From the NCBI GenBank assembly GCA_963664815.2, contig CAXXHB010000003.1:2880001-2944000 (forward strand): DNA of 64,000 nt, written 5' to 3'. Source of the stretch: Spirochaetota bacterium. Lineage in GTDB: Bacteria; Spirochaetota; UBA4802; UBA5550. The notes beneath the pieces were generated by a model. It made no database searches, was not told the origin of the DNA, and saw only the letters and a list, made by a program, of their open reading frames with translations. This document shows positions 1 through 10,236 of this stretch, one piece after another (position 1 is the first letter of the stretch; each line of letters opens with the position of its first letter). Both the position numbers and the translations under genes were made by a program.

Positions 1-2
1 CA

Positions 3-497
3 GCAATAGAAGCGGCACGTGCAGGGGAACATGGCAGGGGTTTTGCTGTGGTTGCGGATGAAATAGGGAAACTTGCAGACCAGACAGCGGATTCAGCAAA
101 AAACATAACTGGACTGGTTACAAACGGTGTAAACTCAGCCAAACAAGGGATTCATGATATCAGTGAAACTTCAAGAGCACTTGAGAATATCATTAACTAT
201 ATCAATAACACAAAAGAACTTGTCCAAAAAATTGCAGATTCAACCGACGAACAAACAAGGGCCAGTAAAAAAGTAGTTGATGCTACAAAACAGGTCATGG
301 ATATGTCTGACAGCATTTCAAATGCAACACACGAGCAAACAACAGCCTATCAGGAAATATCCAATACTATGAACCAGATAAATGAACAGACACAATCACA
401 GGCCTCCGGTGCGGAAGAAATTGCATCATCTGCCGAAGAGATCAGTGCACAGGCAGAGAGTATAAAGTCTTTACTTGAATTTTTCAAAATAAACTGA
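3..497 (+). CDS. Methyl-accepting chemotaxis protein, C-terminal signalling domain (5'-truncated by window edge)
   Basis: Frame is open from nt 3 and reads [25 protein letters not shown], the MCP hairpin-tip signature. It ends with the methylation helix [15 protein letters not shown]. Confidence 0.95.
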   Translation, partial: AIEAARAGEHGRGFAVVADEIGKLADQTADSAKNITGLVTNGVNSAKQGIHDISETSRALENIINYINNTKELVQKIADSTDEQTRASKKVVDATKQVMDMSDSISNATHEQTTAYQEISNTMNQINEQTQSQASGAEEIASSAEEISAQAESIKSLLEFFKIN

Positions 498-845
498 TTT
501 TTATTAAGTTTAATAAAATTGAAGAATTTAAAAATATATAAAAACTTATTATAAATACCTTGACCTCCAATATTAAATTTATTTTTTTTATAATTTAATA
601 ATAAATCTATCACTTTATAAGACAGTTTTATGATTTTATAGATAAAACAACTTGTTAGTCCCGTGTAAAAATTCCGTTTTTTATAAATTATATATTCGTA
701 ATTATTTCTTAAAAAATAACAGAAAGATTGATATTTAAAAATATAATTTATAAATTGTACATATAAAATATGTTTTAAATTTATGATGTTTTAATCCCTG
801 TAATTTTCGGGATAATAATTTTATTAAATAACTGGAGTTCAACTG

Positions 846-1919
846 ATGAAGAAACTATTATTTATTTTTATTCTTTTTCTTCCTGTTTATGTTTTTGCTG
901 GAACATATGATGATATGGCAAAAGAGCTTATAAGTAAAATTCCGGCGAAAGACAAAACAAAAGTTCTCGCGGTAATGCCATTTTCAGCAGATAAGGAATT
1001 TTCTTCAGAAGCTGGTTTAGCCACTGAAGAAATGACAAAAGCTTTAATAAACGCCGGGGCAACTGTTTCTGAAAGAAGCCAGATCGACAAGATATTAAAA
1101 GAGCAGGAGCTTCAGCAGGTAGGTTTGCTTACAAATCAGGATGCAGGTGAAGTTGGCCAGGGTCTTGGAGCTAAATATGTTATTCTCGGTTCAGTAACAA
1201 AAATAGATAAATTCGGTGAACAGGGGAACATCGGGCTGAAGATTAATGTAAAGCTTGTGGTATCAGCTAATTATAAGGTTTTAGCAGCTTCATCCATCGA
1301 TGTAGCAGCAGGGGACGCCTCCTCCAGGTATAAACGAAAAGAACCCAGAAAAGCCGCTGAATACCCTCAATTCCTTGAAGTATTCGGTGGACCCACTTTT
1401 TTAAAATACTCTGGTAAATATGATGATAATAAAGTCAAAGATGAAAGACATACAGGTTTCTCCGCCGGTGCAAGATATATACATGAGAGTAAAGGTTTCT
1501 TCACAAGCGGCTGGGAATTTCTTTTTTCAACCCGTAAATTCGACGAAGACACCACATATAAGAGATTCGAAGTATACCAGTTAAGCTGGATCCCTACAAT
1601 CCGGATACCTCTATGGGCTTATTTTGATTCACTCCCGGATTATACAAGCCTGAGCTTTGCATACGCCTTCGGTTTAGGAATTGACCGGATGAAGTATATT
1701 GATAATAATGAGACAAAATACTCCAGGGGTTTTGGAGTATGTTCATCTCCAATTATTGGATTAAAGATTGGACTATCCGACTCAGTTGCATTTTTTGTTG
1801 ATGGGCGATATTTTCCACATCGATTAAACAATTTTTTAAGATATCCCGGAAATAATATTGATGTAAAAGAAGATACAATTGGACCGGCAGCTTATTTTGG
1901 TATTAGCCTTATGCCATAA
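846..1919 (+). CDS. Exported protein: N-terminal CsgG/FlgO-like domain plus C-terminal outer-membrane beta-barrel-like region
   Basis: Signal peptide MKKLLFIFILFLPVYVFA. The segment LAVMPF...ERSQIDKILKEQELQQVGL...VGQGLGAKYVILGSV is typical of CsgG/FlgO/TolB-N folds. The C-terminal half has alternating aromatic beta strands. RBS ggag upstream. Confidence 0.7.
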   Translation: MKKLLFIFILFLPVYVFAGTYDDMAKELISKIPAKDKTKVLAVMPFSADKEFSSEAGLATEEMTKALINAGATVSERSQIDKILKEQELQQVGLLTNQDAGEVGQGLGAKYVILGSVTKIDKFGEQGNIGLKINVKLVVSANYKVLAASSIDVAAGDASSRYKRKEPRKAAEYPQFLEVFGGPTFLKYSGKYDDNKVKDERHTGFSAGARYIHESKGFFTSGWEFLFSTRKFDEDTTYKRFEVYQLSWIPTIRIPLWAYFDSLPDYTSLSFAYAFGLGIDRMKYIDNNETKYSRGFGVCSSPIIGLKIGLSDSVAFFVDGRYFPHRLNNFLRYPGNNIDVKEDTIGPAAYFGISLMP

Positions 1920-1999
1920 TTACCAGTGTACAACAATCTGCATCAGGATGGAAAAAACAGCCTGCTGCAGATTACTTTTTGCCGGATATTAAAAATGTG

Positions 2000-2275
2000 T
2001 TATTCCCTTCCTTCAAGCGCTTTATTAAGTAAGGAGGTTACCACTTCATTAATTCCGGTTTTTTCTTTTATTGCAATGTTTTGAATTTGCTGCACCAGAT
2101 CAATGTTCAACTTGACAGCGAAAGGAACAAGCCCTTTCGCCTGATCGATTTTACGCTGTTCACGTTTATCAATAATTTTTGTAACTTCCTTGTTAAATGA
2201 AACTGCTCCGCCCGGCGTCTTAATTTTGTTATTAATTTTATTTCCTATTGATTTTTCAAGATCCGTTCTTTTCAT
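2000..2275 (-). CDS. Small hypothetical protein with C-terminal ribbon-helix-helix-like segment
   Basis: 91 aa with RBS aaggaa. VPFAVKLNIDLVQQIQNIAIKEKTGINEVVTSLLNKAL fits a beta-alpha-alpha RHH pattern. Confidence 0.65.
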   Translation of the reverse strand: MKRTDLEKSIGNKINNKIKTPGGAVSFNKEVTKIIDKREQRKIDQAKGLVPFAVKLNIDLVQQIQNIAIKEKTGINEVVTSLLNKALEGRE

Positions 2276-2533
2276 TTCTTATTCCTTTATTATTCTAAAT
2301 AATAACCTCATGAGATATAATCATATTTATAGAATAAAACCCATTAATTTTTTTATTATTATAATTTAATTATAGCTACTTCCAGTAGCTATATAATGCA
2401 TATGATGACGGAAATGTATTCTGTAACGTCAATATCAATTTGTTTTTACAAATACACCTTTGATATAAATTTCATTAAGCTGAATATGGAGAGTTGAAGC
2501 TGAGATGTATGATAAGTAACTCAGCAGAATAAC

Positions 2534-2854
2534 TTATCTGATATTCAGGAAAATAAGTCCGGCTATTGCTAAAATTCCTGAAAAAATTGGGGTCAATCTT
2601 ATTTTATCAGTCTTTCTTTTCATTCTGGTCAAATTAAAAAATACACCCGAGACACTCAGAAAGACAAGAAAAATAAAAAGACCATAGATAACATAACCAC
2701 CTGCTCCCTTTAAACTAAAACGGTCAACTCCTGAAGCATCATGATTCCCAACAGCAAAAATTATAAATATTGTGCATAGTATTATCCAGGACAAAAGAGA
2801 AATCCCTGTTATTATATTCATTATTGTATCAGGCCCTATTCTTCTATTTTTCAT
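2534..2854 (-). CDS. Small 3-TM membrane hypothetical protein
   Basis: RBS gagg. Three hydrophobic segments, N-terminal NRRxGPD and cytoplasmic RMKRKTD motifs. Confidence 0.7.
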   Translation of the reverse strand: MKNRRIGPDTIMNIITGISLLSWIILCTIFIIFAVGNHDASGVDRFSLKGAGGYVIYGLFIFLVFLSVSGVFFNLTRMKRKTDKIRLTPIFSGILAIAGLIFLNIR

Positions 2855-3006
2855 TTAATAGCCTCGGATTACTACAATTTTAATTCATTGCATTATAGTA
2901 TAATCCCAGATTATTATTACAACATGAATATTAATCAAATTAAAATTAAATATTATGTTTATCAAATTATTTCATCAGAAACTGAATGAAATATAATAGA
3001 AAATTC

Positions 3007-4074
3007 TCAGTTTTCAGGTAAACTGAAATAAAAAACTACATATTCACCCTGAACAGAATCAATCCACACTCTGCCCGCATGTTTTTCTATGATTTTTTTA
3101 CAGATATAGAGTCCTAACCCCGAACCTTTAATTCCTTCTGTTCCTTTCTGTTTTAATCTTCCGAATTTTGCGAAAAGCTTTGTTTCAGCATCATCTTTTG
3201 ATATCCCCACACCCTGATTATATATGGAGAAGATTATTTCATGGTCTTTTTCGAAAACAGAGATTTTAACTTCAGTTCCGTTACGTCCATATTTAATAGC
3301 GTTGTTAACAAAATTGGTTACAACTATCTGCAAAAGGTTTGGGTCCCCATGAATTTCAGGATGTATCTGATAATCAGTTACAACTGGCATATTTTTCAGA
3401 TTTGATGAGTATTCGGGTATTTCAAGAACAGGTTTAACTACATCATTAATGAAATCTATTTTCTGATTAAAGGATTCCATGTCATCCAGTTCCATTTTTG
3501 ACAAATCTATATAGCTTCGTATAATATCTTCAAGATACTGACAGTTCCTTATGATTGTTTCCAGTATTTCTTTCTGTTTTGGTTCTATATTGCCAAAGTA
3601 TCCCTTGGCAAGCGTCTGAGCCGTGGTATGAACAACTGCAACAGGGCTTTTAAGTTCATGAGAAACAATTGCCATTAAATCCAGCATATTTGTCTCGCTG
3701 TTTTCACTCGATTTGATTGCGTTATGTATTACATCCCGGAATTCATCCGGTGTAAACGGTTTGGGTATATAATCAAAAGCTCCCATTTTCAATGCTTCCC
3801 GAGCGGTCTCTGCAGTGGCAAATCCCGTAAAAATTACTACTTTAACATCAAGTTTTCTTTCTTTTACTGAACGAAGAACATCAATTCCGCTCATTCCAGG
3901 CATCATCAGGTCTGTAATAATCAAATCGTATTTTTCCTGATCAACCTTTATAAGGCCATCTTCTCCGGAATAAACAGTCTCTATATGATAATCCTCTCCT
4001 CTGAGAATTCTCAGGCAGCTTTTTAAAACAATATCTTCGTCATCTATTATCAGTATTTTTATCTGCTTATTCAT
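3007..4074 (-). CDS. Cytoplasmic hybrid histidine kinase (REC-HisKA-HATPase_c)
   Basis: REC: LIIDDE, ITDLMMP, FTG, KPF. H-box VSHELKSP, N-box NFVNNAIKY, G2 KGSGLGLY. Confidence 0.92.
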   Translation of the reverse strand: MNKQIKILIIDDEDIVLKSCLRILRGEDYHIETVYSGEDGLIKVDQEKYDLIITDLMMPGMSGIDVLRSVKERKLDVKVVIFTGFATAETAREALKMGAFDYIPKPFTPDEFRDVIHNAIKSSENSETNMLDLMAIVSHELKSPVAVVHTTAQTLAKGYFGNIEPKQKEILETIIRNCQYLEDIIRSYIDLSKMELDDMESFNQKIDFINDVVKPVLEIPEYSSNLKNMPVVTDYQIHPEIHGDPNLLQIVVTNFVNNAIKYGRNGTEVKISVFEKDHEIIFSIYNQGVGISKDDAETKLFAKFGRLKQKGTEGIKGSGLGLYICKKIIEKHAGRVWIDSVQGEYVVFYFSLPEN

Positions 4075-4178
4075 GGCTGATCACCGGTAACATTTTTTCT
4101 AATTAGTTATTCTTAATAAGTAAGTCGCCCTATATCTAATAAAACTAAATTCTTTAATTCTTTTACAAAAAGTGAATA

Positions 4179-4218
4179 TGATTGATAAAATGATACCAAA
4201 GTATCATTTTATCAATCA
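4179..4218. terminator. Perfect 18-bp inverted repeat downstream of hydrogenase operon (probable terminator/RNA hairpin)
   Basis: tgattgataaaatgatac-caaa-gtatcattttatcaatca, ending about 20 nt past the stop of 4238..4645. Confidence 0.5.
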
Positions 4219-4237
4219 AAATTCAAACCACTTTATT

Positions 4238-4645
4238 CTATACAAATTTTTTTATCTTTTCAATAAGCTCATCAATATCCACAGGCTTAGTGAGAAAATC
4301 GCTTATATTTGGTAAAAAACTCTGTTCCGCATTAAGAGAAAAACGGGAATTAGTTACCTGATCAATAGCGGTAAGCATTATTATAGGAATGTCTTTAACT
4401 ACCGCATACTTTGATCCTTCTCTTTTACTGCGAATCTGATAGACAGCTTCAAAACCGGCCGTATCTGTTTCCATCATAACGTCAAAGACAACAAGATCAG
4501 GCTTGTCAGAAAGTACTTTTTTCAATCCCTCTGTACCGCTAAATGCTTCAATAACATCAAGATTATTCATTTTAAGCGCCTGCGCCAGAGTAGCGACAAG
4601 ATCTTTATCGTCATCAACAAGAAGTATTTTTTTCGACATAGTCAC
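4238..4645 (-). CDS. Single-domain response regulator (REC)
   Basis: LLVDDD, VFDVMM (phospho-Asp), MLT, TKP. Strong RBS gaggagga. Lies 6 nt after the hydrogenase small-subunit gene. Confidence 0.92.
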   Translation of the reverse strand: MTMSKKILLVDDDKDLVATLAQALKMNNLDVIEAFSGTEGLKKVLSDKPDLVVFDVMMETDTAGFEAVYQIRSKREGSKYAVVKDIPIIMLTAIDQVTNSRFSLNAEQSFLPNISDFLTKPVDIDELIEKIKKFV

Positions 4646-4651
4646 TCCTCC

Positions 4652-5182
4652 TCAATTATCCAGCATTTTATAAATGACGTTTCTGTTTTCCCATGCTTTA
4701 TTCCTTTCGTAAACATCTATCGGGAATTCCATCTGCTTAAGCTCAACAGGCGCAACCTGTTTATCAACAAGTCCAAGCGCAAGAGCAACACCATATATTA
4801 TAGCTTCCGGTCTTGGAGGACATCCCGGGATGAAATAGTTTACAGGAACAACACCAGTCGCTCCACCGGTAACATTATAAGTATCAAACCAGCAGCCGCC
4901 GCCTGTTGCACATGAACCTATTCCGAAAACAAGCTTCGGATTAGGGAGAGCATCATAAGCTTTCTTTACCAGGGGAAGCGTCGGTCTTGTAACCGCCCCG
5001 GAAAGAAGCATAACATCCGCATGTCTGGGAGAAGCAACAAGCTTCATCCCGAACCTTTCAACGTCATAATAAGGAGTAAGGACGTTGAGTATCTCTATAT
5101 CACAGCCATTACACGCGCCTGTATTACAGTGGTAAATCCATAATGACTTGCCGAATATTTTCTTTGAAAGATTCGTAAACAT
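4652..5182 (-). CDS. Group 4 [NiFe]-hydrogenase small subunit (HycG/NuoB-like)
   Basis: GACNGCDIE, YDVERFG, SPRHAD, GSCATGG, PGCPPRPE. Confidence 0.93.
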   Translation of the reverse strand: MFTNLSKKIFGKSLWIYHCNTGACNGCDIEILNVLTPYYDVERFGMKLVASPRHADVMLLSGAVTRPTLPLVKKAYDALPNPKLVFGIGSCATGGGCWFDTYNVTGGATGVVPVNYFIPGCPPRPEAIIYGVALALGLVDKQVAPVELKQMEFPIDVYERNKAWENRNVIYKMLDN

Positions 5183-5184
5183 AC

Positions 5185-5730
5185 CTATTCTCCTAATTTC
5201 GCAGGTCTTTTATAGTTTGCAGTTTTCTTCAGCATCTCTGTATCGAAATGATCAGTTGTCTGTCTTATTAATGCCCGCGCTTCGATGTTATCATATCTGT
5301 ATCCGAAAAGATCCAGTCTGTCTATCATATTCTTATTTTCCATATCGTAACATCTTCCACATCTCTGGCATGTAAGCATAAAGAGTTCCATGCTTTCAGT
5401 CAAATCCTGTTTATCTCCTGTTGCTGTTTCAAACTTGTCAGTCATAGTTATAGCTTTTTCAGGACAAACATCGGCACATCTTCCGCAGTATGTACATCTC
5501 GATGCATCATAAACCATCAGCCTTATTTCCTGACATATGTCCCGCACTAATATTGTTCTGGCAGGGCAATGATTCGCACACCCTCCGCAACCGATACACT
5601 TTTCATGATCCCAGTATGGCATTCCCCGGAAATTTTCAGGTACAGGAACTTTTTCAAACGGATAGTTCAGAGTAACCACGCCCGGCTTCATTACCATTAA
5701 GACCTGTTTTATTTTACTTGTGAGCCACAT
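5185..5730 (-). CDS. 2x[4Fe-4S] ferredoxin-like subunit (HycF/NuoI-like)
   Basis: TLNYPFE..PENFRGMP, CIGCGGCANHCP, CTYCGRCADVCP, and an extra CQRCGRC. Confidence 0.92.
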   Translation of the reverse strand: MWLTSKIKQVLMVMKPGVVTLNYPFEKVPVPENFRGMPYWDHEKCIGCGGCANHCPARTILVRDICQEIRLMVYDASRCTYCGRCADVCPEKAITMTDKFETATGDKQDLTESMELFMLTCQRCGRCYDMENKNMIDRLDLFGYRYDNIEARALIRQTTDHFDTEMLKKTANYKRPAKLGE

Positions 5731-5747
5731 AGTTTTCCTCCTTCTCC

Positions 5748-6647
5748 TTATATCCCGTACACTGATAAGCCTACAGCAACCAATGCTACAATTATAAGTG
5801 AAACATAATATTTCACAGCCTGGTCAATCCTGAGCCTCGGATTCGTCGAACCTATCAGAGCAATAAATACATAGACGCACGCTATTTCCATAAGCTGTAT
5901 AACTAAATCCAGAGCGTAAATCCCTGTATAAAGAAACGGTATGAAAACAAGGACAAATAACGCCGCATAAAACATCTGTTTCAACATCATTGAATATTTA
6001 AAAAGCGCATAGTTGGGGCCGCTATATTCAATAAATGGCCCTTCAAGTATTTCCTGTTCCGCCTCTGCTATATCAAAAGGCAACTTACCGACAAAAGCCT
6101 GTAAAGCCATCAGGTAGAGTACCAGCATAATTACTACTGCCCAGCTATAACCGTTATTCATTACGCTGAAAATAACATCATCAATACCAAGACTCTTTAC
6201 CTTTACAGCGCCGACAAAAAATGTCATCGCCAGAACAGGTTCCACAAGAATCATAGTAATCATCTCCCTGCTCGCACCCATCAGAGCAAATGTATTCTTG
6301 CTCGCTAACGCTCCGATAAGAATTGATACTCCTCCGAGAACAAGAAGATAAATTATTGTTATAACATCCCCGTATCCCGTCATGAAATTTGCCTTATATC
6401 CAAGCGGAATAAAACAAATTACCGTGAGAACTGCTGCGAAAGACATCATTGGAGCAATTTTGAAAGCCCAGTTACCGACATTAAAATTTTCTTTTCCCAG
6501 AAGCTTGATTATATCGTAGTAGGGCTGAATTACCGGCGGACCCATCCTCGACTGAACCTTTGCCGTGATTTTTCTTACAATACCCTCAAACAGAGGTGCA
6601 AGAGCAAGGAATATAACAAGGTTGATCAAAACATATACTATATCCAT
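5748..6647 (-). CDS. Membrane subunit HycD/HyfC/NuoH-like
   Basis: RKITAKVQSRMGPP..QPYYDIIKL, GASRE, KLPFDIAEAEQEILEGPFIEYSG, PRLRIDQ. Multiple TM helices. Confidence 0.93.
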   Translation of the reverse strand: MDIVYVLINLVIFLALAPLFEGIVRKITAKVQSRMGPPVIQPYYDIIKLLGKENFNVGNWAFKIAPMMSFAAVLTVICFIPLGYKANFMTGYGDVITIIYLLVLGGVSILIGALASKNTFALMGASREMITMILVEPVLAMTFFVGAVKVKSLGIDDVIFSVMNNGYSWAVVIMLVLYLMALQAFVGKLPFDIAEAEQEILEGPFIEYSGPNYALFKYSMMLKQMFYAALFVLVFIPFLYTGIYALDLVIQLMEIACVYVFIALIGSTNPRLRIDQAVKYYVSLIIVALVAVGLSVYGI

Positions 6648-6659
6648 AATTCACTCCCC

Positions 6660-8330
6660 TCACTTATTACCGCGTGATATAAATTCTAATTCAGACTTTG
6701 TCATTAATCTGTTATTGCCGGATCCTACATTTATCACCTCTACTCTATCCGTACATGAAAAGCAGGGGTCGATGCTCCCTACAATAATCGGGAAGTCCGC
6801 AAACTGATTATTAAGCAGCATAGCTGGTATTGCCTGAAGATTCGGATATGTGGGGGCACGCACTCTCCACCTGTCGGGACGATTTTCCTCTCCAGTAATT
6901 ACGAAATGCACAGATTCACCCCTGGGAGCCTCGACTACAGAAATTCCCTGTTTAAGAGCAGGAATGGCTGCATCAAGTTCAGTTAGTATTGGTCCCGCTG
7001 GCATTTTATCAAGTATCTGACGCATAATGCTGATTGATTCGTATATCTCAAGTATTCTCACCAGAACAGTTCCCCAGACATCGCATGTGTCAACTACAGG
7101 AACATCAAACTTCAGTTCGCTGTATGCTGCATACGGGTGATCTCTTCTTGCGTCGATATCAACTCCCCTTGCCCTGGCAACCGGACCGACGAGGCTCCAC
7201 CTGATCGTTTCCTCTTTTGTTATACAGCCGACTCCTTTTGTTCTTTTATGTATCGCAGTGTCGCCTATAATTGATTTATGTATAACTCTTGTTTCCTCTT
7301 CTACTTTTTTAATCACATTGAGAATGTCAGCTGACAACTCTGCCGTTACATCACGTCTTACACCTCCGACAATGACCATACCGTAAGTTTTTCTGTTCCC
7401 GGTCATTCTTTCACTTAGCCACATCAGCTGTTCACGAACTCTCCATGCCTGCATAAATACAGTATCAAAACCGATAAGATGCCCTGCTACACCCAGCCAA
7501 AGCAGATGTGAATGGAGTCTTTCCAGTTCAAGTACAAGGCTTCGCAGGTATTTTGCCCTTTCAGGAACGGTTATTCCCGCAGCCATTTCCACCGACTGAG
7601 AGTATGCTGTGGCGTGCACTGAACCGCATATACCACAAATTCTTTCTGCGATAAATGGTATTTCGTTATAGCTTACCTGGCTTTCACAAAGTTTCTCAAT
7701 ACCACGGTGAGTCATAAATCCTCTGTAATCACAACCTTTTATCGTTTCACCGTCTACATATACTGCAAATAATGCAGGTTCATGAAGAGCGGTATGAAAC
7801 GGACCTACTGGCACCATAGATGTTCCTTCAGGACATTCATCAAGCTGATATGCAACGTCTTCCGCAGAGGGTGGAACCATGTTATATGGCACTTCCTTCC
7901 TCAGAGGAAACACGTCTGATGGCCAGTCGTCTGCTACAATAAGCTTTTTCGGTTTTGGATGTCCGGTAAATTTCATTCCGAGCAGATCCATATACTCACG
8001 CTCAGACCATCCTGCTCCCGGAATATCAGGAGTAATTGAGTCCATCACCGGATTATTCCCCGGCACAGCAGCCCTCAGAAGCAGAATAAAGTTGTCCCTG
8101 TCGAATCCGAAAGTATGCACAAGGCCTATATTACCATCACGTGCTATCTTGTCGTAACCTATACTTACAAGATATCTTCCGCCAAGTGCAACTATCTCGT
8201 TGGACACGTCTCTGACTTTATCAGTTTTAATATCTATAAACAATCTTGTGGCAACAGGAGATTCACTGTTTACAATACTGCTGCCGAATTTATCTTTTAG
8301 CGTCTTTAATACTCTTTCCAATGAGTTCAT
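6660..8330 (-). CDS. Group 4 [NiFe]-hydrogenase large subunit (HycE-like NuoC-NuoD fusion)
   Basis: NuoC-like WSEREYMDLLGMKFTGHP. HRGIEK. L1 motif ERICGICGSVH and L2 motif DPCFSCTDR supply all four Ni/Fe Cys, followed by a C-terminal extension for proteolytic maturation. Confidence 0.95.
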   Translation of the reverse strand: MNSLERVLKTLKDKFGSSIVNSESPVATRLFIDIKTDKVRDVSNEIVALGGRYLVSIGYDKIARDGNIGLVHTFGFDRDNFILLLRAAVPGNNPVMDSITPDIPGAGWSEREYMDLLGMKFTGHPKPKKLIVADDWPSDVFPLRKEVPYNMVPPSAEDVAYQLDECPEGTSMVPVGPFHTALHEPALFAVYVDGETIKGCDYRGFMTHRGIEKLCESQVSYNEIPFIAERICGICGSVHATAYSQSVEMAAGITVPERAKYLRSLVLELERLHSHLLWLGVAGHLIGFDTVFMQAWRVREQLMWLSERMTGNRKTYGMVIVGGVRRDVTAELSADILNVIKKVEEETRVIHKSIIGDTAIHKRTKGVGCITKEETIRWSLVGPVARARGVDIDARRDHPYAAYSELKFDVPVVDTCDVWGTVLVRILEIYESISIMRQILDKMPAGPILTELDAAIPALKQGISVVEAPRGESVHFVITGEENRPDRWRVRAPTYPNLQAIPAMLLNNQFADFPIIVGSIDPCFSCTDRVEVINVGSGNNRLMTKSELEFISRGNK

Positions 8331-8364
8331 AACTTTCCTCTCACCTTTAGTTTAGGAACCAACA

Positions 8365-10236
8365 CTACTTTACGTTCCCGCCTGTCCACCACATGAAATG
8401 CTTGAATGCATGATACATGCTGCTCGCCTTATACCTTGTCGTTTCATTCAATTCCTGGTATCCGCACATCCATACAGGAGCAGTCCTTTCAACGGATCCT
8501 GCAGATTTTTTAAACAGATACGCAATTACGAATGCTATGGCAAATACTGCAAGCAACATGGCCGGAACTGCTATTGAAGAAACACTTATGCCTGCGCCGG
8601 GCAGATTAATCTGCACGCCCATTGCCGACTCAACTATAGAATTGTTAACCTGCATCCCCCTGAATAAATTCGTGACAATAGAATGTCCTGAATTTTTAAA
8701 TATGCTGATTATTGTCTCGAAATACAGGAATGGGAGCAATCCCTGAATAATACAAAGAGCTGCCAGTATGAATTTCGGAAAAAGCATCAATACAGGAACT
8801 TCCTTCACTTCCTTTTTTGTATTCCACTCGTGTCCGGTTGATGTGAATGTCATTCCAAAAAATTTCACGTACGAAGCCAGTGTTATTGCGCTTGTCATCA
8901 GCGCTATTATTCCGAATATAACAAGAAATCCTACTTCAGTTCCACCCAGAATATCAGCAGAAATAATAGACCACTTGCTCATAAACCCGCTGAATGCAGG
9001 AATACCGGCTATAGAGAACGCTGCAATCCCGGCTATAACAGTTGTGGCAGGCATGAACTTGATAAGTCCACCCAGTTTATTCAAATCTTTTAAACCTGTT
9101 GCATACTGGACACTACCGGTTGAAAGGAACAGAAGACCTTTAAAAACCGTATGGTTAAGAGTATGATAAATCGCTCCTATCATAGCGATAGCAGCTAAAA
9201 CCTGCAGGAACGGATTAGGGCAGCTCAGCATAAAAAGTGCGCTTCCTATTCCAAGCACTATATAACCCATCTGACCGATTGAATGGTAAGCATGAAGTCT
9301 CTTTGCATCATGCTGTTTTAAAGCCTGTGTAGTTCCTATGAAAAGTGAAACAACACCGAATGTCGCAACAAGTGCTCCCCAGAATTTTCCGTTAAATACA
9401 AAACCGTTTCCTTCCGGAACAATCCAGAAAAGGGTTCTGATAATTCCATAGACACCTGTCTTAATCATAACGCCTGAAAGCAACGCACTTATAGGTGACG
9501 GCGCAACAGAGTGGGCATCCGGAAGCCAGAGTTGCCCGAATGGGAACACACCAGACTTTAATCCGAAACCGACAAGCAGCAATCCATATACCACATATAC
9601 ATGAGCTCCTCTCACAACACTGAATTTTTCTGTAATATGACCAATTGAGTCTCCCATTGTCACGCCGGGTATAAGCATTGTTCCGCCAATTATTAAGAGC
9701 CATGCCAGTTCCATAAGTATAAGATACTTATTGGCGCTCCTTACAACGCCCTTTTCCCTTGATTCAAACCTTATCAGAAAGTATGATGCTATTGTCATAA
9801 GCTGCCATGCAATAGTGAAGCCGATTGAAAGGTCATCAACAGTAAGCAGGACAATCATACCCAGTACAAATATCGGGAGATTAAAATAAAACCCTCTCAG
9901 ACTGTAATCATGATAGTGTTCCATATATTCTATTGAATATAATGAACTTATCACAGCCATAAAGGATACAATGGCTACAAAGAATGCGGAAAAACTATCC
10001 ATAAGGAAATAAATCCCGAATGCCCCAAGAGTAATTATTTTTGACTCCTGCGGAGCAGCTTCAAAAATTACCGCATAACATGTATACAGGAGAAGAATAG
10101 CAGCAGTCGCAACCAGTGCGAAATTTATCCAGCCGGCAAGCTTCCTTTTTGTTCCCGCTACTATGGGGGAAACAACTGCTGAAGCTAAAAGTATAGCCAT
10201 GGCCGTCATTAAGTTTCCGTAAATATCGATATTCAT
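8365..10236 (-). CDS. Antiporter-like membrane subunit (HycC/HyfB/NuoL-MrpD family)
   Basis: 623 aa polytopic protein with GFGLKSGVFP..WLPDAHSVAPSPISALLSGVMIKTGVYG, AYHSIGQMGY, NHTVFKGLLF, GIPAFSGFMSKW and C-terminal PVWMCG. Confidence 0.92.
   Translation of the reverse strand: MNIDIYGNLMTAMAILLASAVVSPIVAGTKRKLAGWINFALVATAAILLLYTCYAVIFEAAPQESKIITLGAFGIYFLMDSFSAFFVAIVSFMAVISSLYSIEYMEHYHDYSLRGFYFNLPIFVLGMIVLLTVDDLSIGFTIAWQLMTIASYFLIRFESREKGVVRSANKYLILMELAWLLIIGGTMLIPGVTMGDSIGHITEKFSVVRGAHVYVVYGLLLVGFGLKSGVFPFGQLWLPDAHSVAPSPISALLSGVMIKTGVYGIIRTLFWIVPEGNGFVFNGKFWGALVATFGVVSLFIGTTQALKQHDAKRLHAYHSIGQMGYIVLGIGSALFMLSCPNPFLQVLAAIAMIGAIYHTLNHTVFKGLLFLSTGSVQYATGLKDLNKLGGLIKFMPATTVIAGIAAFSIAGIPAFSGFMSKWSIISADILGGTEVGFLVIFGIIALMTSAITLASYVKFFGMTFTSTGHEWNTKKEVKEVPVLMLFPKFILAALCIIQGLLPFLYFETIISIFKNSGHSIVTNLFRGMQVNNSIVESAMGVQINLPGAGISVSSIAVPAMLLAVFAIAFVIAYLFKKSAGSVERTAPVWMCGYQELNETTRYKASSMYHAFKHFMWWTGGNVK

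Noticed and set aside
6660-8330. Ni-less Ehr/Mbx-type complex or complex I
   Set aside because: Both CxxC motifs, a C-terminal extension and a maturation protease are present, indicating a real [NiFe]-hydrogenase.
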